From contig DATHCH010000182.1 in NCBI GenBank assembly GCA_035319625.1, positions 1 through 50,767 of the forward strand: DNA of 50,767 bases, given 5' to 3'. Positions within the stretch are counted from its first letter, which is position 1; each line of letters begins with the position of its first letter. Under the pieces are notes generated by a model that saw only the letters and a list, made by a program, of their open reading frames with translations, searched no databases and had not been told where the DNA came from. Position numbers and translations under genes: made by a program. Source of the stretch: Thermodesulfobacteriota bacterium (lineage in GTDB: Bacteria > Desulfobacterota > BSN033 > UBA1163). Shown here piece after piece: positions 8,346-17,577 of the stretch.

Positions 8346-8503
8346 GGCGGGCAAGAATGTCTCTAAAGTTTTACAAATGCGGTTACTTAAGATGGTAAAG
8401 CTAACGGAAGCTTGTAAGTGCTCAATAGCTGCTGAGCTTTTCTTTGTAAGTAGTCAACGTGAAGAGGTGCCGCTGTAAAACTTTCTCGACATCCCTACCC
8501 GCC
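8346..8503. repeat. 158-nt element bounded by imperfect 29-nt inverted repeats
   Basis: GGCGGGCAAGAATGTCTCTAAAGTTTTAC (8346-8374) matches the reverse complement of 8475-8503 (GGCGGGTAGGGATGTCGAGAAAGTTTTAC) at 23 of 29 nt. The 100-nt interior has no ORF. Confidence 0.6.
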
Positions 8504-8555
8504 GTTTGCGTTGGGAAAAATTTTTTCGCACCTTCCCTTTGCTAAAGGGGGAGGA

Positions 8556-9161
8556 TTATTTTTTTTCGATTTTCTTAATCTTCCAATCCGCGGGCGTATT
8601 GTGCTCCGTATCGATCGTGAGGTGGATGATCGGAAGCGTCCTAAACTTCCTTTTCAAATCGGCCGGATCCACCGGCTGAAACAAAGCTTTATTGCTTATG
8701 TAAGCCTCCCGGGTTAACGCGTTCGACTCATAGTTCTCTTTTGTCCTCTTCGAAATTCGCTCAAGGGACTTTTCCTCCGTGCAGACGCACTCGGCGATGA
8801 TGAGAGCCCGACCGGCCTTCTCAGCCAACTCAGCGGCCCTCGATCTCAACTCCTGAGTGAAAAAAGTGGCATCCAAAATCAGCCCATCCTGAGTTTCTTT
8901 CAATGTCTTCTCTGCCCGTCTGAACATCTCTTCGTAGACTCTCTTCCTCCTGTCCGGGTCGGAAGCGACCTTATTGTCGAAGATGTCCTCACCCTTTAGG
9001 ACTTCCACCCGGATCATATCGGATCGTAGAATCTGAAACCCTTTCAATCTTGCAATCTCCTCCGTCACCGGACTTTTCCAACTACCCGGCAGCCCCACCG
9101 AAATTAGCACACCCCCTTCAGGGATCTCTGACTTGACAACCTTTGAGAAGCTTCTCTCCAT
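8556..9161 (-). CDS. P-loop NTPase / small-molecule-kinase-like protein with atypical Walker A
   Basis: The Walker-A-like stretch GLPGSWKS (9072-9095) has TGG (Trp) where the canonical GxxGxGK[ST] has Gly. The fold class is inferred from the N-terminal beta-strand and P-loop arrangement. Confidence 0.55.
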   Translation of the reverse strand: MERSFSKVVKSEIPEGGVLISVGLPGSWKSPVTEEIARLKGFQILRSDMIRVEVLKGEDIFDNKVASDPDRRKRVYEEMFRRAEKTLKETQDGLILDATFFTQELRSRAAELAEKAGRALIIAECVCTEEKSLERISKRTKENYESNALTREAYISNKALFQPVDPADLKRKFRTLPIIHLTIDTEHNTPADWKIKKIEKK

Positions 9162-9180
9162 TTTAGCATCCTTCCTCTTA

Positions 9181-9307
9181 GCAAAATGTCAAATGCCAAA
9201 GTCCAAAGTTCAAATTAAACTCAAAATCCAAATGACCGAACAATTCTCCATAACACATATTTGAGAATAAAAGTTCTGGAATTTGTCATTGATCTGAAAT
9301 TGCAATT
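9181..9307. repeat. W1 inverted repeat
   Basis: The A-rich arm GCAAAATGTCAAATGCCAAAGTCCAAAGTTCAAATTAAACTCAAAATCCAAATGAC faces the T-rich arm GGAATTTGTCATTGATCTGAAATTGCAATT. Confidence 0.7.
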
Positions 9308-9314
9308 AGCTTTA

Positions 9315-10307
9315 TCACATCTCAAGCGCCTTTAGAACCACATCGTGCAAAACCCCATTGGTTACCAAAATGCCGTGATTCTTCACCATCTTTATCCCAC
9401 ATGAGAAATCTAACGGGCGTCCCAAAACGTCTGTCACCTTACCTCCCGCCTCTTCGGCGATGATCGATCCTGCGGCATGGTCCCAAATGTTTTCTTTATA
9501 CCCCGGCTCGGCAAGGGATGGAACTCTTAGATAGAGCGTGACTTCCCCTCTCGCTAAAATCCCGTATTTCGCCTGACTATCCATTCTAATGGAGGGTTTT
9601 GTGATATTCAATCTCTCCGCAAGGTGTTGATGCGTAAGATGATCTGCATGGTCTGCCTCAACGCTCTCCGTGATGGTTGCCTCAGACGGATTTTTTGTCT
9701 TGTGGACGGAGATGGTCCGTTGGTTTGACCCATTTTTGTCCAGCTGCACTGAACCCCTTCCCCTCAATGCGAGAAAAAGGCATCCTTTCTCCCCAAGGGG
9801 ATGGGCGATATCTGCATAGAGATTGGGACAGGCTAATATCCCCAATTTCACCATACCGTCCTCGACAAGCGCCAAGGCAATGGCGTATTGATCTCCTCTG
9901 AGAAACCCCTTGGTTCCATCAATGGGGTCTAAAGCCCAAAAACGACCGGTGACCGTATTGGAACTAAAATCAATCCACGAACAGACCTCCTTCGAAGAGG
10001 AAGTCGGAATGAAGGCATTCACGTAGGTTGTGACTTGCTCGAGGATCTTTGAATGAGTCGGTCTCCTCAACTCCTTTGAGTCTTCCTCTGCCACAATCGT
10101 ATCATTGGGAAATCTTTCTCTGATCAATTTACAAATGATTGCCTGAGACCCATAATCGGCAACGGTCACAGGGCTTCTGTCGCTCTTCAGGATGGATTCT
10201 CCACCCACAAGGTCGGCCCTTATTCTTCGGCAGAGCGCCGAGGCTTTGACGGCCGCCTGGATCCCAGTCACGACTTCAAGAGAATTTTGATCCACGGAGA
10301 CACTCAT
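9315..10307 (-). CDS. 3'(2'),5'-bisphosphate nucleotidase, HAL2/SAL1-like member of the inositol monophosphatase superfamily
   Basis: It carries the motifs VAEEDS, WALDPIDGTKGF and WDHAAGSIIAEEAGG. The 330-aa length fits HAL2-type enzymes rather than the short CysQ type. Confidence 0.75.
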   Translation of the reverse strand: MSVSVDQNSLEVVTGIQAAVKASALCRRIRADLVGGESILKSDRSPVTVADYGSQAIICKLIRERFPNDTIVAEEDSKELRRPTHSKILEQVTTYVNAFIPTSSSKEVCSWIDFSSNTVTGRFWALDPIDGTKGFLRGDQYAIALALVEDGMVKLGILACPNLYADIAHPLGEKGCLFLALRGRGSVQLDKNGSNQRTISVHKTKNPSEATITESVEADHADHLTHQHLAERLNITKPSIRMDSQAKYGILARGEVTLYLRVPSLAEPGYKENIWDHAAGSIIAEEAGGKVTDVLGRPLDFSCGIKMVKNHGILVTNGVLHDVVLKALEM

Positions 10308-10402
10308 GACGAACAGGACGAATGACAGCGAATAAAACCAACGTCAACTGTCAAATTCAACTCTCTTCATCGAATTCGCCATCATTTGAATCATTCGTTT
10401 CT

Positions 10403-10443
10403 CTAAAATAACAAAGAGGAGGGGTCTTCTCGCCTCTCCTCCT
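10403..10443 (-). terminator. Rho-independent terminator after tRNA-Leu
   Basis: On the minus strand, AGGAGGAGAGGCG / the CCCCTCCTCT stem (10416-10443) is followed by CTTTGTTATTTTAG. Confidence 0.55.
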
Positions 10444-10456
10444 GTTATTCGTTCCA

Positions 10457-10542
10457 TGGTGCCGAAGGGGGGATTTGAACCCCCACGGGGATTACCCACC
10501 ACCCCCTCAAGATGGCGTGTCTACCAATTCCACCACTTCGGC
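10457..10542 (-). tRNA. leuU: tRNA-Leu (anticodon GAG), class II with long variable arm, CCA encoded
   Basis: The reverse complement reads GCCGAAGTGGTGGAATTGGTAGACACGCCATCTTGAGGGGGTGGTGGGTAATCCCCGTGGGGGTTCAAATCCCCCCTTCGGCACCA. The anticodon stem is CCATC/GGTGG, the loop is TTGAGGG, and the T-loop is GTTCAAATC. The secG-tRNA-Leu(GAG) synteny is the same as in E. coli. Confidence 0.95.
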
Positions 10543-10562
10543 ATTGAAAAGTTGGGGCAAAC

Positions 10563-10889
10563 CTATTTCTTCGGCTCAGGCACGGGCACCTGAGGCTGAA
10601 CTGGCCCCCCAAAGGGTGCTGCGGGGACCGAGGGAGCCGGCCTTTCCCTCATGATCGTAGAAGCCCTTTTTGTTGAGGAGAAGGTGAGAAGAAGCGACGT
10701 GAGCATAAAAATGATGGCAGCGACCGTAGTCAGCTTAGAAAGAAACCCCATCGCTCCGGCACTTCCGAAAATGGTCTGACTCGCTCCTCCGAATGCAGCT
10801 CCCATCTCTGCTCCCTTTCCCGCTTGAAGGAGCACGATCAAAATGAGCGCAATGCAGACTAAAACATGCAGAACAACGATGAATGTCAT
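10563..10889 (-). CDS. secG: Preprotein translocase subunit SecG
   Basis: The N-terminal two-TM SecG signature is LILIVLLQAGKGAEMGAAFGGASQTIFGS, followed by a Pro-rich tail. The gene sits between tpiA and tRNA-Leu. Confidence 0.9.
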   Translation of the reverse strand: MTFIVVLHVLVCIALILIVLLQAGKGAEMGAAFGGASQTIFGSAGAMGFLSKLTTVAAIIFMLTSLLLTFSSTKRASTIMRERPAPSVPAAPFGGPVQPQVPVPEPKK

Positions 10890-10921
10890 AAACCCAGTCC
10901 TTTCTTCGCTTAAAACCTATA

Positions 10922-11683
10922 TCACAATTCTTTGAATCTGACAATCTTTGAGAAGGATTCCGCTTTCAGACTCGTTCCTCCTACCAACGCCCCGTCGATA
11001 TTCGGCTGGTTCATCAGGCCTTTGATATTTTCCGGGGTCACGCTCCCGCCGTATTGGATCCGCATTTCCTCTGAGACCTTTCGTGAATAAAGCTTCTCCA
11101 CCTTTCCCCTGATGAACCGATGCACCTCTTCAGCCTGTTCCGGAGTGGCCGTCTTGCCCGTACCGATAGCCCAAACGGGTTCGTAAGCGATCACAATATC
11201 TCTCATTTCATTATCGCCCAATCCCTTCAATCCGCCTTCTATCTGCCTCTCGATCACCAAAAACGTCCTTCCCTCTTCCCTTTCCTTCAAGGTCTCGCCT
11301 ATGCAGAAGATCACCTTCAAACCCTGGGCGAGGGCTGCCTTGATCCTTCGATTCACCGTCTCGTCCGTCTCTCCAAAATACTGCCGTCTTTCAGAGTGAC
11401 CGATAATGACATAGTCACAACCCACTTCCTTGAGCATGAGAGGAGAGATTTCACCGGTGAAGGCCCCCTTCTCCTCCCAGTAAAGATTCTGGGCAGCAAG
11501 ACGAATGCGACTACCTTCGAGCTCCCTCCGGACAGCGTAAAGCGCCGTAAACGGGGGGGCGACAGCCACTTCCACTTCTTTAACCCCTGAAATGGCTTCT
11601 TGCAGTTCTCTGACAAGATCGACGGCCTCTCCCACTGTTTTGTTCATCTTCCAATTTCCGGCGATGAAGGGTAATCTCGCCAT
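10922..11683 (-). CDS. tpiA: Triosephosphate isomerase
   Basis: It has the motifs AGNWKMN, IIGHSERR and AYEPVWAIGTG. I use the ATG at 11683, which is preceded by GAGGAGGGGG; the listed TTG at 11698 lies inside that ribosome-binding site. Confidence 0.93.
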   Translation of the reverse strand: MARLPFIAGNWKMNKTVGEAVDLVRELQEAISGVKEVEVAVAPPFTALYAVRRELEGSRIRLAAQNLYWEEKGAFTGEISPLMLKEVGCDYVIIGHSERRQYFGETDETVNRRIKAALAQGLKVIFCIGETLKEREEGRTFLVIERQIEGGLKGLGDNEMRDIVIAYEPVWAIGTGKTATPEQAEEVHRFIRGKVEKLYSRKVSEEMRIQYGGSVTPENIKGLMNQPNIDGALVGGTSLKAESFSKIVRFKEL

Positions 11684-11767
11684 TATCCCCCTCCTCAAGG
11701 AGATTCCCGAAAAACTCCAGAAACCTCTAATGACACCGATTAAGGACCGATTATATAGACAAGCTTT

Positions 11768-12952
11768 TCATGCCTTTCTCAGGGCCTCGATGCCTGGCAA
11801 CTTCTTCCCTTCAAGGAATTCGAGGGATGCCCCGCCTCCCGTAGAAATGTGGCTGATGCGATTCGCTACCCCTGCCTGGTTCACCGCCGCCACAGAATCT
11901 CCTCCTCCCACGATACTGAAGGCGGTGGAGCGAGCGATCGCCTTAGCAATGGCAAAAGTCCCCTGACTGAAGGGCCTCAATTCGAAGACGCCCATGGGTC
12001 CATTCCATACAATCGTTTTTGCAGCATCGATCTCTTTTGAAAAGGACTTTACCGTTTCCGGACCGATATCCAAGCAGATCCATCCCGAAGGAATTTTGTC
12101 GTTCTTGACAACCTCTCTCTTCGACTGAATATCCATTCGCTCGGCAGCGACGTGATCAGAGGGGAGGAGAAAAGTAATCTTCGCCTTCGCTTTTTCCAAC
12201 AAGTTACGCGAGAAGTCAATCTGGTCCTCTTCGACAAGTGATTTTCCCACCTGGAATCTCTCAGCCTTGAGGAAGGTATAGGCCATCCCTCCCCCGATTA
12301 GGAGCGTGGTTACCTTGTCCAGAAGGTTTTGGATGACGCCAATCTTATCGGAAACCTTTGCCCCGCCGAGAATCGCCACATAAGGCTTTTGTGGATTTAC
12401 CAGGGCCTTCTCGAGGCTCTCAACCTCTTTCATCATTAAAAAACCCGCTGCCACAGTCTTCACAAATCGTGTCATTCCCTCTGTGGAGGCGTGAGCCCGG
12501 TGGGCAGTCCCAAAGGCATCATTGACATAAACATCGCAGAGAGAGGCCAGGGCTTTTGAAAAAGCTTCTTGATTTTTCTCCTCCTCAGGATGGAACCTAA
12601 GGTTCTCCAGGAGGAGGACCTCCCCCTCTTTCAACCCTTCAACCTGTTTTTGGACCTCTTGTCCAATGCAGTCCGTGGCCAAAGCCACTTTTTTCCGCAA
12701 GAGTTCAGATAACCTTTTGGCAACCGGGGCCAAACTAAATTTAGGATCCTTTTTTCCCTTTGGTCTCCCTAGATGGGAGGCGAGGATCACCTTCCCCCCG
12801 GCTTCACTGACAAACCGAATCGTTGGAAGGGAAAGCAGAATTCGAGTATCATCCGTAATGTTGCCTTTCTCGTCTTGTGGAACATTAAAATCGACTCGAA
12901 TGAATACCCGTTTCCCCTTCAGCTCGATCTGATCCACCCTTCGAATTGCCAT
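11768..12952 (-). CDS. pgk: Phosphoglycerate kinase
   Basis: It has RVDFNVP, ILASHLGRPKG and GGGDS motifs and is 394 aa long. Confidence 0.95.
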   Translation of the reverse strand: MAIRRVDQIELKGKRVFIRVDFNVPQDEKGNITDDTRILLSLPTIRFVSEAGGKVILASHLGRPKGKKDPKFSLAPVAKRLSELLRKKVALATDCIGQEVQKQVEGLKEGEVLLLENLRFHPEEEKNQEAFSKALASLCDVYVNDAFGTAHRAHASTEGMTRFVKTVAAGFLMMKEVESLEKALVNPQKPYVAILGGAKVSDKIGVIQNLLDKVTTLLIGGGMAYTFLKAERFQVGKSLVEEDQIDFSRNLLEKAKAKITFLLPSDHVAAERMDIQSKREVVKNDKIPSGWICLDIGPETVKSFSKEIDAAKTIVWNGPMGVFELRPFSQGTFAIAKAIARSTAFSIVGGGDSVAAVNQAGVANRISHISTGGGASLEFLEGKKLPGIEALRKA

Positions 12953-12960
12953 AACCTATT

Positions 12961-13160
12961 CCTATCCATCTATTACGCTGAATTCAAGTGCAAAGTTCGA
13001 ACTTTAAAGTTCAAATCAATAACAAACAACTTCATGCCAAAATTTTAATCACTTGGATTTTGAGCTTCATTTGAACTTGACTCACCTTTGGTTCGTCACT
13101 TCGTGCGAACTTTGGCATTTGACATTAAGCCCATTACGGGTGAAAGAATGGTTTCTTAGC
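12961..13160. repeat. W1-type long inverted repeat filling the gap-pgk spacer
   Basis: W1 words on both arms include AAGTTCGAACTTTAAAGTTCAAATC, TTGGATTTTGAGCTTCATTTGAAC and CTTTGGCATTTGACATT. There is no credible ORF. Confidence 0.7.
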
Positions 13161-13165
13161 ACCCC

Positions 13166-14185
<1,020 letters not shown>

Positions 14186-14202
14186 TCACGAATTAAATTT
14201 AT

Positions 14203-14232
14203 TATATAACTTTTTTTGATTTATTGCGTCAA
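14203..14232 (-). promoter_or_regulatory. Candidate sigma70-type promoter of the gap operon
   Basis: On the minus strand, TTGACG (14232-14227) is followed by an 18-nt spacer and TATATA (14208-14203), about 25 nt upstream of the start codon. Confidence 0.4.
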
Positions 14233-14323
14233 TATTTTTCAACAAATTTGCGGACTTCACAAAAGGAGTTTGACCTGCTATATTGGACGATAAGAGGGTA
14301 AATGGAAGGAAAGGAAACTCAAA

Positions 14324-15289
14324 GTGACAGGGGATAGAAATATACTGGAAATTGTACGGGGACTTCTCCTCTCGGAGGTCGCTTTTCAAGAAATCCTCAA
14401 GAAATATAACGAGGGTCGCCTCCGTTTCTCAGATATTGGCGTTTGGGTGGATGACAAAGGCCAGAGCGTCCTCTATAATTTGAAGGAGCAGTGTCATTCC
14501 TTCTTTCGATATAAAGGGAAAGAACCGATCCAGAAGAACGAGTGGCTTCTCGACTTGGTGATTGGGTCGATTTTCCACGAAGCCATGAAATTGAGAGAGA
14601 ACTTCTATCAAATGGAAGTCTACCGGCCCAGGTATCTTCAATACAAGGCGAAGTTCGGGAAATCCGAGTACGAAAGGGATTACCTTCAACTGTTCGAACG
14701 AATTATTCTGAAGGCCGAGCAGGGTGTGGCCGAAGGGATGCTGGAGACCCGGTCTCTTTTCAAAGATGCGACGGCACAACTCATCGATCTTTTCAAAGAG
14801 AGCTCGAAAAATGCCTTTTTGGTCCGTTTCCTTCTGGAAAATCTGACGCTTCTGCATAAGGTTTATGGTCCCAAAAAGACGAAAGAACTTTTCAAGGTGA
14901 TGTTCAAAAGAGGGTTTTTGGATGCCTATCGGTTCGCGGGTGTAAGCTATCTGCGGAGCGGACATTACGACCTTTCGTCAAACTATTTTGCAAAGGCGCT
15001 GGAAATAGACCCTCATGACGGCGGTCTTCAATTCCTGCTGAATTTCAGCCTCGGGATGATCGAATACTATAGGAATGCTTATTCAAAGTCCTTATCCTAT
15101 TTTTCCAAGCTGGCTCGCGCCAAATTAGATGGAAAACTGAAAAAGGACTATTTGAGAAAAGTAGAAGAGGTCTGCAAAAAGATCGCTTCCGACTTGAAAG
15201 AAGAGAAGGGTCTCAAGGCCGCAAAAGAAGCGGGCTCCCTTGCTGATCGAATAAGAAAATGTTACGATGAACTTAAAAGGAGCTCGTGA
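14324..15289 (+). CDS. Hypothetical protein with C-terminal TPR-like repeats
   Basis: 321-aa ORF with a GTG start preceded by AAGGAAAGGAA. The C-terminal segment YLRSGHYDLSSNYFAKALEIDPHDG is TPR-like. I recognise no other family. Confidence 0.6.
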   Translation: MTGDRNILEIVRGLLLSEVAFQEILKKYNEGRLRFSDIGVWVDDKGQSVLYNLKEQCHSFFRYKGKEPIQKNEWLLDLVIGSIFHEAMKLRENFYQMEVYRPRYLQYKAKFGKSEYERDYLQLFERIILKAEQGVAEGMLETRSLFKDATAQLIDLFKESSKNAFLVRFLLENLTLLHKVYGPKKTKELFKVMFKRGFLDAYRFAGVSYLRSGHYDLSSNYFAKALEIDPHDGGLQFLLNFSLGMIEYYRNAYSKSLSYFSKLARAKLDGKLKKDYLRKVEEVCKKIASDLKEEKGLKAAKEAGSLADRIRKCYDELKRSS

Positions 15290-15290
15290 G

Positions 15291-15512
15291 ATGCCTATTT
15301 ATGAGTATCACTGTGGGCAATGCCAGAACGAATTTGAAAAATTGGTGTTGAATACCTCTGAAAAGATTGCCTGCCCTAAATGTAAGAGCAAAAAAGTTCA
15401 CCGGGTGATGTCCGCTTTTGCTTTTTCCGTCGGAGGGAAGTTTAAGAGCACCGCCGGCTCCTCCTGCGGAACCTGCTCCGCCACCACCTGCTCCACCTGC
15501 GGCTCCAAATAA
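15291..15512 (+). CDS. FmdB-family zinc-ribbon protein
   Basis: MPIYEYHCGQCQNEFE...CPKCKS has the CxxC...CxxC pattern of this family, and the tail is Cys/Ser/Thr-rich. The ATG at 15291 is preceded by AAAAGGAG. Confidence 0.85.
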   Translation: MPIYEYHCGQCQNEFEKLVLNTSEKIACPKCKSKKVHRVMSAFAFSVGGKFKSTAGSSCGTCSATTCSTCGSK

Positions 15513-15513
15513 A

Positions 15514-15686
15514 GGGTTCTAGGATTCGAGGGTTCAAGGGTCCGAGTTTCCAAGAATTTAGCGTGACCACTGGTAAAAAGTCTCTTAGAGCTTTTTAAAT
15601 TCTTCTTGACGCTCTATTTTTTCTTCAATACTCCTATTTCTTTATCTTTCTTGACCCCTAGAATCCTTCACCCCTGGAACCCTGAA
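15514..15686. repeat. GC-word inverted repeat, family W2 (GGGTTC / GGATTC / GGGGTC words)
   Basis: The left arm is GGGTTCTAGGATTCGAGGGTTCAAGGGTCCGAG and the right arm is CTTGACCCCTAGAATCCTTCACCCCTGGAACCCTGAA. The right arm resembles the 3' end of the leader repeat at 26069-26100. Confidence 0.75.
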
Positions 15687-16610
15687 TTAGAGGTTGGTCA
15701 GGTGCCTTCGTATCTCCATCTCTTCCCTCAAAGAATCATTTTCTTTGAGCTCTTTTAAAGCCTCCCCGATCATCTGAATCATTCTCTCCTTATCTTCGGG
15801 GAGGTTTCCGTGGAGGGGAAGGAGATTGGAAATATGATCGCTCAAAAATTGAGAGGTCACGTGAAGCCCCTCTAATAGCAGCTTTGTTTCCTTTAATATC
15901 GTTTCTGGCGAAGCCAGTTGGAAACGACCCTCCGTCATGGCCTCGTAGAGCGGAGAGTTGGGTTGGGGAACAAAGGTCCGAACACGGATGAAATGGGGAT
16001 CGATTCGATTCAACACCTCTGCTGTGCCCCTCGCATGTTGTTCCCATTTTTCTTCACCGCCAATCCCTAACAAAACATACAAAGAACACTCAAACCCAGC
16101 TTTTTTCGCTTTTCTCCCTGCTTCGACCATCTCTTCCGGGGTTGCCCCTTTTTCAATCGCCTTGAGGAGGTCCTGATCGCCGGTCTCAAGCCCGACATGG
16201 AGTCTGGTTAAACCCGCTTCACGGATTTTTATCAAATCCTCTAAAGGTTTCTTGGCAATGGTCTTGGCTCGCGCATAACTGGTCATCCGCTCGATATGGG
16301 GAAAGGAGGAAAATAAGGTGTTCAAAATTTTGACCAACATCTCGGTCTTCGCCACAAGGCTATCGGAATCTCCAATAAAAATCGTCCTGACCCTATCCCC
16401 ATAAAGATTTCTTGCTGACTCGATATCTTCGAGAATCTCTTCGATCTCTCTAATTTCGAACTTCATCCCTTTATACATCGAACAGAAAGCACACCGGTTC
16501 CAGGGACATCCTCGGGTCACCCTTAGAAGAAGGCTGTTCGCTTCGCTGGGCGGCCTGAAAGGTGGGAAATCATAATCTCTTCTTCTCAATCCAAATCTGC
16601 CGATGGTCAT
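15687..16610 (-). CDS. Radical SAM protein (function unknown)
   Basis: It has a CxxxCxxC cluster motif (GCPWNRCAFCSMY) and no C-terminal Cys-rich SPASM-like region. I prefer the ATG at 16610 (MTIGRF...), because the listed TTG at 16637 lies in a W1 repeat. Confidence 0.75.
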   Translation of the reverse strand: MTIGRFGLRRRDYDFPPFRPPSEANSLLLRVTRGCPWNRCAFCSMYKGMKFEIREIEEILEDIESARNLYGDRVRTIFIGDSDSLVAKTEMLVKILNTLFSSFPHIERMTSYARAKTIAKKPLEDLIKIREAGLTRLHVGLETGDQDLLKAIEKGATPEEMVEAGRKAKKAGFECSLYVLLGIGGEEKWEQHARGTAEVLNRIDPHFIRVRTFVPQPNSPLYEAMTEGRFQLASPETILKETKLLLEGLHVTSQFLSDHISNLLPLHGNLPEDKERMIQMIGEALKELKENDSLREEMEIRRHLTNL

Positions 16611-16627
16611 GGTGCTACTCCCCTCAA

Positions 16628-16740
16628 CAAATGTCAAATTTCAAGGTTCAAATGTCAAATCAATTCCAAAGCACAAATGTCCAAAAAGTTTGGTCTTGAA
16701 CTTTGAAATTTTTTGACATTCGGATTTTGACATTTGAACT
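16628..16740. repeat. W1 inverted repeat between the two radical-SAM genes
   Basis: CAAATGTCAAATTTCAAGGTTCAAATGTCAAATCAATTCCAAAGCACAAATGTCC faces TTGAAATTTTTTGACATTCGGATTTTGACATTTGAAC. Confidence 0.8.
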
Positions 16741-16743
16741 TTT

Positions 16744-17499
16744 TCAAAATATTACCGAAACAGGAATTCCCTTTTTCTCAAAACGCTCTTTCAGCTCCAT
16801 TCCAGCCAGATGAAAATAATTCTCTTCCAGATACCGATCCAACCTTGCTTTGCGATAAATCGCCTTCACCCTATTCGGATAATTCATTCGATCGATCAGG
16901 ACTTCGTCAGCTAACCCATCCAACATCGCCACCAGAGGTTTCGGATCTAAAGGAAGCAGGGGACCGATAAAAGCATAGGTCCCGATCTTTTCCTGACGGA
17001 GGGCCCTCAGGGCATTGACTCGAGACAGAATTGAAGGAGAGCAAGGTTCAAAAATCCTCTTGATCCCCTCATCGTGGGTGGTAATGGAGAAACCCACTTC
17101 AATTCTTTTGAATCGTTTAAATAAATCCATGTCTCTTAAACAAAGAGGGGATCGCGTCAATAGATCCACTGAAAGCTGAGCATCCAGAAGGGCTTCCAAA
17201 CATTTTCGAGTCAGTTGATACTTCCTCTCCAGAGGCTGGTAGGGGTCGGTCACTGTACTGAGGGCAACAACCCCATGCCTTGCCCTTTTTAGCTGTTTTC
17301 TCAGCAAGTAGGGAGCGTTTACCTTCACATCGACGAATTCTCCCCAAGGCTCCGGGTGACCGGTGAAACGCTTCATGAAACTGGCATAACAGTACCGGCA
17401 GCCATGACCGCAACCTACGTACGGATTGATACAGTAATCGAAGCCGGGGATGGCGGTCTTGGTCAGAATGGTCTTTGCAAAGATTTCTTTGACTTTCAT
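16744..17499 (-). CDS. Radical SAM protein, SplB/DNA-photolyase-like (COG1533-type)
   Basis: The N-terminal INPYVGCGHGCRYCYA carries a CxxxCxxC motif, and the 251-aa length fits this family. Confidence 0.7.
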   Translation of the reverse strand: MKVKEIFAKTILTKTAIPGFDYCINPYVGCGHGCRYCYASFMKRFTGHPEPWGEFVDVKVNAPYLLRKQLKRARHGVVALSTVTDPYQPLERKYQLTRKCLEALLDAQLSVDLLTRSPLCLRDMDLFKRFKRIEVGFSITTHDEGIKRIFEPCSPSILSRVNALRALRQEKIGTYAFIGPLLPLDPKPLVAMLDGLADEVLIDRMNYPNRVKAIYRKARLDRYLEENYFHLAGMELKERFEKKGIPVSVIF

Positions 17500-17577
17500 T
17501 ATTCTTATTATAACGGAAGGGCCATAAAACCGAAAGTTTTCCTCACTAGCTTGGGGAAGGAACGGACCGAGGGTTTA

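Noticed and set aside
8531-8575. A plus-strand terminator-like hairpin (CCTTCCCTTT-GCT-AAAGGGGGAGG followed by a T-run)
   Set aside because: The T-run is the coding sequence for the Lys-rich C-terminus (KIKKIEKK) of the minus-strand kinase gene. No plus-strand transcription unit is evident upstream, so the match is probably coincidental.
14429-14965. A 178-aa minus-strand ORF inside the TPR-protein gene
   Set aside because: It is antisense to the longer ORF, which has an RBS. Neither has strong homology, but the plus-strand ORF is longer, starts after a good RBS and is followed by the coupled FmdB gene.
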